DNA of 64,000 bases from Lytechinus pictus. Taxonomy: Eukaryota. A model generated the notes under the pieces. That model was not told where the DNA came from and searched no databases. It saw nothing but the letters and a program-made list of their open reading frames with translations. Of this stretch, positions 14,352 to 26,400 are shown piece by piece (the stretch's first letter is position 1; every line of letters starts with the position of its first letter). Both the position numbers and the translations under genes were made by a program. The stretch covers positions 9,178,001 through 9,242,000 of the forward strand of contig NC_087246.1 of the NCBI RefSeq assembly GCF_037042905.1, read 5' to 3'.

Positions 14352-14600
14352 TAATAATAATGAGATTTGTATAGCGCACTTTCCATCTTGATTGCTCAAG
14401 GCGCTTCAGAGCAGAACAACAAAAACTATTTACATATAATACATGTCTGAACAATAAGTAAATGTATATTTTCAGGTTATTGTCCTTGAAGGTGGTCACT
14501 GAAGTCTGGGTTTTCAAACTGTGTGTGGAAGAGGATTCCACAGGCTAGGCCCTGCATGAGCAAAGGCCCGTTCCCCGCATGATTTCTTATATAGCAACTC
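14352..14600 (-). mobile_element. 3' fragment of an L2/CR1-group LINE
   Basis: The minus strand translates with frameshifts to GERAFAHAGPSLWNPLP...SVTTFK..LK, matching the typical L2 ORF2 C-terminus. A short 3'UTR and (TTA)n tail follow. Confidence 0.7.
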
Positions 14601-14923
14601 GAATTTGTAAGAGATATAGATTATGAGGATCGTGAATTTCTTGAGGGTTGGTAATTATGCATCAAAGACCTATATTGTAATTGGGGAAGTTCCATTGAGT
14701 ATAGGGAAAAAAAGAAAAAAAAAATCAGCTAGCGCTTTCGAACTCCCATAATAGGAAGATATACCCCATCCTTGTTCTGATGACAAAATGAGCTTATATA
14801 GATTGCCCTAGCTGTTTCTGGATCCAATATAAAAACAAGAAAATCAGTTAGCGCTGTCGCTTGCATATATAGTGCGATCCAATCGACCCTATCTTTACAA
14901 TTCTCTTACATTATTAATAGAAA

Positions 14924-16042
14924 CAGTGGCGTACCTTGGGCCACGGCATTGGGGGGGGGAAGGGGCACCAGCAAAAGTTTTGAGTCACTAAGTGAGCGCG
15001 CGAAGCGCGCCCAGCTGCCAGGTATACCTAATAGAGACATTTTAAGGACAGTGCCATTAAACGGATATGTCTCTCACTGGTCAAATAATGCGAGCTTTAA
15101 AATTTTGATATTTAGACCTAAAAAGGGACATTATAATCAATCTCTTGTAATCATGATATGTACCTGTCTCGCTAAATAATGCGAGCGCGAAGCGCGAGCT
15201 GAAATATTTGTAAATATTGACCCCAAAACAGGAAGATTTTAAGGACTATATTTTAGGAATGCATTAAGAGTATACACATCTCACCATAGTCATCTAATGC
15301 GATTGCCAATAAGCGCTTGCTGATTTTGTTAGAATTACATCTAAACATGCACATAAAGCACTTGTAATCATGATTAATTTAGGAAATTCAGACCTGAAAA
15401 GGGGCATTTTAAGGCTTGTTTGTAGAAATTCACGAAGACCATACGTAGTTCACTAACCAAATGATGCGAGCGCGAAGCGCGAGCTGAAATTTTTTGATAT
15501 TCAGATTAGAAAGAGGGACATTTAAGGACTGATTTTAGAAATCCATGGAGAGCAGACATATTTCACCAATCCACTACTGCGAACGTAAGCACGGACAGGA
15601 AATGTTTTATATCAAGACCTTAAAATGGGGCAATCACTTTAAGTAGTCATGAAAAAGAAGCATGTACATAAAACAATAACTCGAAGTGCGAGGAAATATA
15701 TTTGGCAGTTTGGTGTATATTGACTTGAAAACGGGAGGTTTTAGTATAACAGGATTATATATCTCGGTAAACAGACAATGCGAGCACCAGGAACAATGAG
15801 GACATAGGCCCTGAGCAAATTATGTTTCATAAAGTTATGAAAAAAAATGTTTCTTATGTAATATAACATAACATAATTATGATATAATATAACATTATAA
15901 TGAACAATAATGTCTTCTTTCCCACTTCGTTTCTCTTCCTTTCTCCCTCTTTTTCTCCTTTTCCCCGTTTTTTTTTTTTTTTGGTCAGCCGATTGGGGGG
16001 GGGGGCACGTGCCCCCCCATGCCCCCCGTAGTTACGCCACTG
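14924..16042. mobile_element. Non-autonomous hAT-like element, 8-bp TSD
   Basis: TIRs CAGTGGCGTA / TACGCCACTG. AATAGAAA is duplicated at 14916-14923 and 16043-16050. The interior has repeated GCGAGCGCGAAGCGCGAGCTG motifs. Confidence 0.85.
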
Positions 16043-16144
16043 AATAGAAAGATACCGAAAAACATTTGTTCCTATGTCAATTAGAGTCATTAATGCTAAA
16101 TAAAGGTGTTTGATGTTTGATTTGCTATTTTTAATACGTCTTAA

Positions 16145-16845
16145 AGGGATGGTCCGGGCTGAAAGTGTGTATAGTTTAATAAATAGAGTAGAATTCACTG
16201 AACGAAATGCCGAAAATTTCATCAAAATCGGATAACAAATAAAGTTATTGAATTTTAAAGTTTAGCAATATCTTGTGAAAACAGTCGTCATAAATATTCA
16301 TTAGGTGGGCTGATGACTATGTCACATATCCACTTGTTCTTTTGTATTTTATTATACACTGTAAAAACTGTGGTGTTAAAACTGACACCAGTGGGTGTTA
16401 ATAGAGGACCACACCCTCTGGTGTTAAAATTACACCCTAGAGATTGAATATAACACCAAAGAGTGTACATGTAACAACCAAAGGTGTTGCAATAACACTT
16501 ATAGGTGCTAAACTAACACTGTCAATTTAACACCGGTGTAAAATAACTGGTGTGGTCCTCTATGTACACCGGTTAACACCGCATTTTTTGCTGTGTATGA
16601 AATTAGGTTTATTCAAAATTTTTCTTCAAGAACTAGAAAAATTGGATTGACAACTGATTTAGTGCATTAGATATTTATTGCTGCAACTTATTTCATTATA
16701 GGGGAGACATAATTATTCACACAAGTATGAAATAATGATTATGATTTTATGTAATAACATAAGAAAACAGAAAGTGGAGATGTGACATCATCAGCCCACC
16801 TAATGAATATTCATGACGACTGTTTTCACAAAATATTGCTAATTT
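16145..16845. mobile_element. TTAA-flanked (Kolobok-like) MITE, one end truncated, with nested insertion
   Basis: Starts TTAA|AGGGATGGTCCGGGCTG. It is homologous, in inverted orientation, to the complete copy at 28577-29140. Confidence 0.7.
16357..16595. mobile_element. CACTA/EnSpm-like MITE with TA TSD
   Basis: Termini CACTGTAAAAA...TTTTTGCTGTG, flanked by TA on both sides, with subterminal GGTGTTA/TAACACC repeats. The empty site is visible in the related copy at 28577-29140. Confidence 0.75.
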
Positions 16846-17682
16846 GTGATATTCCAACCTGGAAAGTGGACATCAGCAATGTTTGTAACCAAGGACAGAA
16901 TGAATACCTCATACTAAACAATAAATGATTCGAGCGCGAGCTCAAAATTTTGTGATTTTCTAACTACAATGTAGTAATGTTTTACTCCAGATAGGGTATT
17001 TCATTCTGCAAAAGGGCACTACGGGGATTTTAATTTTTTTTAAATTTTTTTTCTGGGGGGGGGGCAAGTGCCCCCTGCCCCAGGATCCGCCGCCCTGAAC
17101 TCGTTTCTTTACTGATAGTAGTATACGACCTACTCGCATTTCTACTGAATTTCAAGTTTCAATTGAAGAGCTCAAAAGGGGTTAGATTCATTTTCATCAA
17201 AACTGATTTTTTTTTTGTCTCAATGAATAGATAGACTTTTAGTACAAAGTATAGCTCTATAAGATGATACCAAAGAAAAGTTGAATTCCCCATTAAAAAG
17301 TGAACAAAAATGGCAAAATTAGGTCCACAAAGAATTTTTTGGGAAAAGAATATTTGAAACAAATATGAAGACAGGTTGATTTCGTATATACCCAATTTTA
17401 TGTTCCCATATAGTAGGGTATCATGAAATTTACTTTCGCATAAGAATATTGCAATATGGGAGAATATAAAAAAAATCTTGGATCTTGGAGTGGACCCATC
17501 CCCTTTTGCAACCATAGTCTTCAACTGGAGATCACAATATACTGTTTCACAATATGGATGAATACAGACGAACTTGAACTTGTATCAATGACAGAGAGGT
17601 GACGTGGGTGAAGTTACTATAATAGTACCTATGCTATAATCCACCTCATGAATATATCAACTAGCTAGTCGATCAATCAACG

Positions 17683-17775
17683 CCGCTTATTGATATGCAA
17701 ATGAGAAAACGTCCCTAAAACCAATGGTACGATTTTGATTGGTCGACCGCTTATCAATATGCAAATAAGAAAGCG
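17683..17775 (+). promoter_or_regulatory. Promoter-like module: duplicated octamer (ATGCAAAT) unit flanking an inverted CCAAT pair
   Basis: A 29-bp imperfect direct repeat sits at 17683 and 17747, each copy containing ATGCAAAT (17695, 17759). CCAAT is at 17721 and ATTGG at 17738. The module lies upstream of the CpG-rich exon at ~18087-18358. Confidence 0.5.
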
Positions 17776-18157
17776 AATCAGCTCGCCGTACACACAAACA
17801 ATCAAGCACTTGTACACAAACCTTATCACACAAACTCACTCTTACGCACAAAACACATGTACGTACAAAAAAGCTCTATTTTGGTTTTGAATTCCGCGCG
17901 GTTTGTTTTCGTATGCTTATCCTCATCCGTTGCTTCGAGTTTGTTACATTTTCATCAACATTCTGACATTTTTTCGACAAAAAGGACACATAAATTCTTG
18001 TGAAAAAACGAAAAGTGATATTTTCGTGTCTTTTGACTCAAGTTTTGAATCCCCGATAATATTTTTGCGGTAGAATATTTCTATAGGTCCTAGTTTATAT
18101 TGACTACCGGTTTAATTGCTGTAGCTGTAGGCCGAAGCCAAGGCTATATATCTCGGC

Positions 18158-18358
18158 ATGAGTACTACTCCGAGCCGTCGTCCAGCCGACCGTCGCCTCC
18201 GGTGGTCTCTTACGAGGGATCTCTCGGGATCGAGTGATGATGACTCTTCTTCAAGTTGTTTGTACCTGGTTGTGAATGGGTCGAAAGCACGATCAAAGAG
18301 AACCAAGGCAACCTACGACCACCTTTCTGGGCTTCAGCGAAGGGAGGATAAGGTGCTG
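18158..18358 (+). CDS. Candidate upstream coding exon of the ParB-like gene
   Basis: ATG at 18158, 67 codons, donor CTG|GTGAGT after 18358 (phase 0). This is in frame with the acceptor at 23406 (TTC ACC ATG). Confidence 0.4.
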
Positions 18359-19345
18359 GTGAGTATAAAACGCGTCACAAACATTCACTGTCTAAATAAC
18401 GAACTTAGGCAAATGTAAATGTTAGGTTACTCACTAACTTTAGAACTTAGTCTTAGAAGTTAGAGTTAGATTCGAGTAGGACTAGGTCTAGGAGGCTGCC
18501 GGATGAAGGGGGGGGGGGGGGGTCGGGTGTCCGGACACTTTAAATTTTTGAAGCCTTCTTTTTTGTCTTTGGATTACACTAAAAATATGAATTCAATACT
18601 AGTTGTAATCATTTTCTATTTTGTTCTTTATAATATTTCCTAACATTTTGTATGATGGGGGGACCTAAATTAAGCTACGCACTTTGTTTTCAAACAATAA
18701 AAACTATCCCAATTCTAATATTTCAACAAATCATCTTTCACTAATTTGTGGCAAACATTCTAAAGATCGTTAACCAAGAAGAAAATATCGCAAAACTCCC
18801 TAATACGAAAATCCCGCCGTGTTTTCCAAACACCTCTTGATTTCGCCGCCCGATGTAGAAGGGGTCCTAAAGCTACGCACTCGATTTATCATGCAAAAAA
18901 ATAGTATTTCCTGTGCCTCAATTTCTAAAATATATTCAAAATATTGTAAGATAAATGAAATTAAAGCGAATATAACTCCAAAATTCCAAACATTTGTTGG
19001 TTTTCTCTGCATTTAGAGATTTACTGCAGCCTCTGTAAATAAAATTGAATAGGAATCGTTCGTCACTCTAGCTCTGCAGTCACAGTTCCACACACACACA
19101 GAGTGCGCATTTGCCATAAAAACTGCATGCGCGATGAGTGGTGCGTAGCTTTAGGACCTGCGCAGCTTTAGGACCCCCTACCATACTAAAAATTGATGAA
19201 ACTTCGCTTGTAAATTTTTCCAAATGACTTTCTAAAATTGATCGTCCAGACACACAACCTGTCCGGACACACAACAACTGGTTATACTAGGCTATCTCTC
19301 TGTTCCTCACTCAGCTCAGGCGATGGTTCCGAAGTAACTTATTTA

Positions 19346-19683
19346 AGGGGTGTTGCAAGAAAATATTTTCGATTAATTGCAAATATTCTGTTGCAATTTT
19401 ACAACTGATCAGATAGATCAACGTTATACTAAAAACCAAATCAGATTAAACTTCTTGTTTCAAGGAGCAGATTAGCAATCAATCACTAATTTTCAATTAG
19501 CTGCAAGACTTATGATTGATTTATAGATCAACGTTATACTAAAAACCAAATCAGATTAAACTTCTTGTTTCAAGGAGCAGATTAGCAATCAATCACTAAT
19601 TTTCAATTAACTGCAAGACTTATGATTGATTTCTTGACCAAAAATTGACTTGCAATTGATCGCAAGTTTCTTGCAACACCCCA
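19346..19683. mobile_element. Harbinger-like MITE (TTA TSD) with internal ~110-bp tandem duplication
   Basis: TIRs GGGGTGTTGCAAGAAA / TTTCTTGCAACACCCC with TTA on both flanks. Near-identical duplicates lie at ~19413-19521 and ~19523-19631. Confidence 0.7.
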
Positions 19684-22103
19684 TTAGACTGTCTAGATAC
19701 GAGTTAGACTCTAATAATAAAATAAAATAAGTGAGTGGAGCCAACGGAGTTCAGCGGAACAACCGGGGGAACAACCAACAATCAGCACTTGACCAAAGCT
19801 TTTGGTCTAGTTCCGACTTAGCCTTGAGGACTCCGTGATCATATTAAAAAAAAAAGGATTTTGATATTGTTTGATCATGGAGTCTTACTTACACTACAGT
19901 TGAACCCCTCCCATCCCATATACATTAAGAGACACATGTAAACAAAGATGGATTTCCCTTGTTCATTGACACTAAATTAAATGATCTGCAGCCTTTATCA
20001 TGTGACAGCCTGAAACTCATGAAAGAGGATCAGTGATACTGGTACTTCATTTCCCATATCATGTTGGCAACATTTCAATCTTATTAACCAAGGATTATTT
20101 TTTGAAATATCATTACTATACTACATATGATGGTGGTCGGTCCGCAAGTCTGCGCACCTAACGATTTGAGTTAAGATTTAACATGAACTTCTTTTTATTT
20201 CATAAAATATTTCTGTTAATAATGTTCCTTATATTGTCATGAGTAAGTGTACCAAATATCTCATTAAAATTGAAAGAAATATCGACCCTAAGTGACACAC
20301 TTGTTTAACATTTCCCTTGTATGTTCAGATTACTTAATTTGCAAAACATTTCATTTGGCCTTATGTGAGTTTGAGTCTGGAAATACAGATGTATGTAGAA
20401 AAAGACAAGAAATATCATAAAATTAATGTTCTTTCTCAAATAAAGTTGATTATTTTTATACCAATGGATTCTTTGACCTCAGAAATGGTGGTTTAGGTGC
20501 CAAATCATGATTATATGTTGCTCAGAAGCTGCAATATTGTCTAAAACACTGTTTTGGCGGCCATTTAGTAAAAATCCAAGATGGCCGTCATATTTATAGG
20601 TATCGGTGCAAATGGAAACATTGCTATTCTGATTCCTTATACAATATCCTTTCCGAAAATGCAGGCCTGGAAAATGTATAATATTCAAATTACATAAACT
20701 TGACAGAAATTAAGTTTCACCCCAAGTTGTAAAGCTCACAAAGTACATGTAATAGAACAACCATGCAAGTGACATTTGGATCCCCATAAGAGACAAGATG
20801 AAATTTTGTCTTCTAGGGTGACCTTTTCTTGGACTTGCCCTCTTACCAAATACTAGTTATCCTTTGATGGATTTTCATTTAAATTCTCCAATATTTCTTC
20901 ACCAAAACCAATGTTTGAAAAAAAAAATCAAAATTCCTCTCAATACATTCAGAAAGAGCATCTACATGTGCATGTAGATATTAAAAGTAACCAGCAACCC
21001 CTCTTTAAAATGGTTTCTAGACCCCTGCCTCTAGCCCCACCACCCTTTGCCCTTCTTTCAGGTATAAACAAGTTTTTGCCTTGAAACTCGCCTGGGGTAG
21101 CATTTTTTTAGATGGGTATAAGTTTACTAATAGTGACAACTTGGCTTGAACTTTTGTTTTGCCTTATCATTTTTAAGGATCCCCCCCCCCCTCCCGGAAT
21201 ACTAGTAACTTTCCCCAGTATGTTCTTCCCTCTCATCCAAGCCCTTCCCATCCCTAGGACCATCAACTCCATCTTATGTTTTTGTGGTTTAATTCATCTT
21301 TCCTATAAGCTTTCACGTCTTTGTATTTTACTTGTTTCAACTCTTCATAATTGAAGAATCCTTGCTCAAAATTAGATGATATCAGCCAAGACAATTTTTC
21401 ATTATGTACAGAGTAAAAAGCAAATGAAGAAAATTTAAGAAAAATGAGTTTTGTGATTCTCAGTGTTGTGTGTTAGTTACATCCAAGAAAAGCATATGGT
21501 TGTAAATATTGTAATTCTTTTTTTATTTATAATAAAAACATTTATAAATAAAAGGACAATTATATAATAATAAAATAAATATAATTTCAAGCAAGTCTGA
21601 ATTATCTAAATTTAACTTTGTTTTTCTAAAAACTCTTTAGTATTGCTTCCAAGTTCCAACAATTTCCTATCAAAGTTACATTCTGATACCAGAATTCGAA
21701 CTTACAAAATTTTTTTAAAGATGTTTGGGCTATTGGATTCAGTGGTCTGGCAGTCAATCCGTGGGATATCTTGTGCTTTACATGTAAACTGCATCCTCAA
21801 TTTCACTACTTCCTTAATTTTCAATTTTCATGAAATTTGGAACACATTGATCTTGGGGTATAGGTGTGCAATACACATTTTTTGCATGCGTTGAAAATTG
21901 TGTTGCCATTACAACGGTATTATGTAAAAATCTTCAGGTTCTGAATACTTCCTCAGCTTTTAACTAATTTTCATGAAATTTTTTACACACATATTGGTCT
22001 TTGAGTATACATGTACATATAGGTGTCTGAGATATCTTGTTTCCATATAGGGAAAAAATTAGGCAAAATCTTGTGGTTTAAACTTTTTCATTAGTGGCCT
22101 TAA

Positions 22104-22701
22104 AGGTCAAGTCCACCCCTGAAAAATGTTGATTTGAATAAATACATGTAGAGGAAAATCAAACCGGCAAAATGCTGAAAATTTCATAAAAATCGGATGT
22201 AAAATAAGAAAGTTATGGCATTTTAAAGTTTCGCTTATTTTTCACAAAACAGTGATATGCACAATTCAGTGTCATGCAAGTCAGTCTATGATGTCCCTCA
22301 TTCACTATTTCTTTTGTTTTTTATTGTTTGAATTATACAATATTTCATTTTTTACAGATTTGACAGTAAGGACCAAGTTGACTAAATCATATAGTATTAA
22401 ACAATGCCAATTCCACATGTTCAGGGAGGAATAATCGCTGTTTCACTTGACAATGAGGGGAAAATTTGAATATTTTATATAATAAAATACAAAAGAAATA
22501 GTGAGTGGATGACGTCATCAGTCTCCTCATTTGCATACCGACTAGGATGTGCATATATTTGTTTTGTAAAATTAAGCGAAGCTTTAAAATGTCATAACTT
22601 TCTAATTTTACTTCCGATTTTTATTAAATTCTTAGTGTTATGCTTCTTGTTGGATTTTTCTCTTTATTTAAATCAACTTTTTGTTTGGGTGGACTTGTCC
22701 T
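22104..22701. mobile_element. TTAA-flanked Kolobok-like MITE
   Basis: TTAA|AGGTCAAGTCCACCC ... GGGTGGACTTGTCCT|TTAA, with long imperfect TIRs. A related partial copy lies at ~39590-40434. Confidence 0.75.
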
Positions 22702-23411
22702 TTAAATTATGGCAAAAACACACAGGATAACTCATTTCAGATCAAGCTATTGGTTTTTCAGTGTGCATGAAAGTTGGTACTAAGATTGGTCATGGGGAAA
22801 AACAATTCCCTTCTCCAAATGTGTTTGAAATTGTTTTGCCATAGTAAAAACATGGCAAACTCCAGGAAAAATACTTGCTCAAACTACTTGGCAGTTGGCA
22901 CATTCGTCTTGGGTAAGGGCCTGCAAGATAATTTTGCATTGGAAAACTGCACTACCATGGTGATGGCATGGGGGATATTAATCACCTTCATTGAAGGCTT
23001 CAATGATATTTCTACTTATCAACATCATGCATCATTCAATTTGATCAGTCACAGCTAGAACTCAAAAGAATTTTTGACTGAAAACACAATTTGTTTTGAA
23101 ATTGTACATGGTATTATGTTTGTAAGCTCTTTTGGTCTGCCTTTTTTGGGAGGAAAATGTTTAGATTGGGAATTAGAATCTGTGTCCTTGATCTCAAATT
23201 TTACGCATGGCATGAAAGGAGACACAATATGAAAATACTATTGTGCAAGTTTTTTTTTGTATAGCATCTAACAAATTGCTATATTTCATTTGTAGAACTC
23301 AATATGACACAATGAAGAAATTCAGAAATATACTCAATTTGATTGATTCTACTGTGATGTTAATTCTTTCAGTGTACCTCCTCTCTTTATTTTTTTTTTT
23401 TACAGTTCACC

Positions 23412-26400
23412 ATGGCTAGTGGTAAGAAGGTGTGGATGAATGCCAATGACATGGATGCTGATGCTGTCAGTCAAGAGTTCGATATCACGACCATAGAGGA
23501 TTTGGAAACCCAAGTCCAACCTCTCCTTTCATCAACCCCAAAGACGCGACCAAGCCAGAGGAAAAGACAAAGAGTTCCAAATGAACCCAGGACAAATCAA
23601 AGCTGCAAAGGTTTGTGGGATTTCTCTCTTAACCCTTTTTTTTGTTTTTGATATTCCATTTAGGGGATGGGGACTATGATGTGGAAATGAAGCATTTATG
23701 CTATACAAACATGATTCCTGAATCATGATCTTCACAATTGATGGCAAAGTTGCATTTCAACCAAACCCGCCTTCTGTTCACCCATTAAAATGCCTAAGGG
23801 CATTGTTAGAATTGCAATCATGTTAAAATGGGATTTGATAAAAAAGTTAAATTGCGATAGACACAAAAAATACAGATAGAGATTTATGAAAAGACTTCTG
23901 CTTTATATTCTTTAATAGGAACTACATGTATGCAAATAGTGTCATATGCCAAATGATAAATATTTCTTTCTCATTGTTCTTTCATTTTTAAATGAAATGC
24001 AGGTGTTGTTGAGGTTCCCATTTCAAAGATTACTCTAGGAAACCCTATTAGAATGCTCATTAAGTGCAGCATGAACAGGGTGGAAGCATATAAGCAGGCC
24101 TTGTTGGACAACCCAACTATGAACATTCCAATCCTGCCTGTAATGACAGAAGATGAAGCATGGGAGGAGGAAACTGCAGAAGAGTCTCAATACATGCTCC
24201 TCGGTGGCTGCAATCTCCTCACCGCAATCATCGACCTGGCAGGGGATGACAAGTAAGTAACTATAAAATTAAAATTTATGTATTTCTTTGTTCTTTATAC
24301 TTTGCAAGGGTACCATATTCAAAATTAGAAAACTTTTATACCTACATGTAGGTCATTTGGGTAGCTTTTAGCCCCAGCCTTTGTACATTTAGTTTTCATC
24401 ACATCTGTCTAAAGTGTTTTGTATTGCTCCTGCCCTGAATGTGGTTGCCTATACATGATACTCAAAATTTGGTGTTAAATATTTTCAAATTTTTTGCTGC
24501 ACATGTGCCTGTAACAAATGTAGAGTGTTGCCTCTTTAGTACATTTATATTGAGGTACCTGTTGTATGTTTTAACTATTTTGTTCTTTTTCTCTCTTATC
24601 TATTTCATTTGCAGATTTGCACATTTGAGAAGATGTAAAGTTAGAGTACATGGATCTCTATCCATGGGAGATGCCCTCCACATAGGTGCCCTGTTCCAGC
24701 AGGAACAGGGACTTCTTGTTGATGAGGCTCCAACCCTCCAAGCCAAGGTGGCAGTATGTAGACGTTTGCTATATAGCATACATGAGCTTGATGAGGACGC
24801 TGATGAACCACCAGCCACTGTCCAAGATACTTGGAGGAAAAGGGCAGCAGCGGCATTGGGTTGCTTGTCCTCCAACCCTAAGGTGGATATTCCTATATAC
24901 CTAAGTGTATTGCTTCCTTTGAAAATGTGTTTCTGTAATAATTATATGTGTTGGCAAAAGAAAAAAAAGTATTGTCTCAAATCTTTCATGAATTTCTCAT
25001 ACAACATGCAATATTTTTTTCCCATGTACATTGTAGTTATTTGGATTGCTGTACATTGTACCATGTCTAATTTCCAAATCTGCTTTCAATATATTTTTCA
25101 AAAAAACTAAGGATTTTTCAGATATTTGAATTTTGAAAAGCATCCTTCAAATAATAAATTCACAATGTCAATCAAGGATACAGTTGACTCTTGTAGGTAT
25201 AAGTATGACATCTAATACAGAGGCTCGCTGCTTGGATATCTAAAACATGTAGTATACTACAGTACATGTATGCCTTTACTGCAAAATAAAGAATGACATG
25301 ATTTATATTATTGTTTATGATTATTTTTGATGATTTGTATTTTTATTTTTTTACCTCAGGATCGAAAGAAATTGGAAACAACGTTCCAGCTAGCTCTGTA
25401 CAGTCGGAGGTGCTATGCGAAACTGGAAAGGCTGTTCGAGCTACATGAAGAAAAGCATGGGAAAGCTCTGAAGCAAACTGTAAGTTATTTGATTCTCATT
25501 ATTTTGTGATCTAACAAGAAATAATCTGTTCTGAGGGGCAATGATATTATTATTACCTCGGCTTTATCTTTTTATATATTCTTTAGAAATATTGCGTACT
25601 GATGACTGATGAAAATGACATGGGTTTTGAATGAAGTGCATCATTTTTTTGTATATTTCACATTTGTTTCAGAAATTTGAACTTTTTGCGATTGTTTTTG
25701 TCATCTTTCATACTATTTGAAAGAAATAAAGGTGCTGCTAGCCTTAAAGGGCAAATGAATAGGAGTATGAATGGAATTTCCATCTTCACTATACAATTCA
25801 GAATTTTACTGTAAAATTTGTTCACATTTACATGGATTTTGACTTAGTAATAGAGGTTTAACCCTAAGAAGACGGGGGGGGGGGGGGCTGATTCAGCCCC
25901 CTTCGACATTTTTCGTGATAAATCTGCTGCTCGAAATTTTTTGACTGCCTCGCTCACTGACTTTTTACTTTCAAGTCTCCCGCAACTTTTGAGATGAAAA
26001 TTGTGACCCCGGATACGCGGTTCAAAAATTATGCAGCATATTGTAAGTGCATGCAGACCCAAAATTGTTCGAAACGTGAAATTGTGGAAAATCCAATGCA
26101 AATAGTGTTTTTAGCAAAAAATTCATAAAATGTATCATTATTTTTCATTTTACTGCTTAAAATCAATTAATTTTATCTTGTTTATGGTCAAAATAAAGTC
26201 CCCAACAATTTCCATTGAAAAAAACAATAAAAAGCAAAAAGTCGAAAAACAAAGAAATATATAAGAAATTTAGAAAACAATAGAATACATAAAAAGATAA
26301 ATGTGATGTCGACATTTTCGAATGCCTATCTAGAGTATGAAACAAAAAATAGCATTTTAAGGGCATTATTTCATTAATTAGAGCAAACTTATGATTTTAT

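Noticed and set aside
17165..17522. Sola-like MITE (GAAGA...TCTTC) and overlapping 121-aa ORF
   Set aside because: The TIR match is gapped and the flanks differ (AATT vs AACT). The ORF has no recognisable motif. Too weak to call.
24439..25110. 223-aa single-exon membrane protein (similarly 26735-27253 and 30241-30669)
   Set aside because: The hydrophobic ends are T-rich intron read-through. Only the internal GT-AG-bounded parts are exons of the ParB-like gene.
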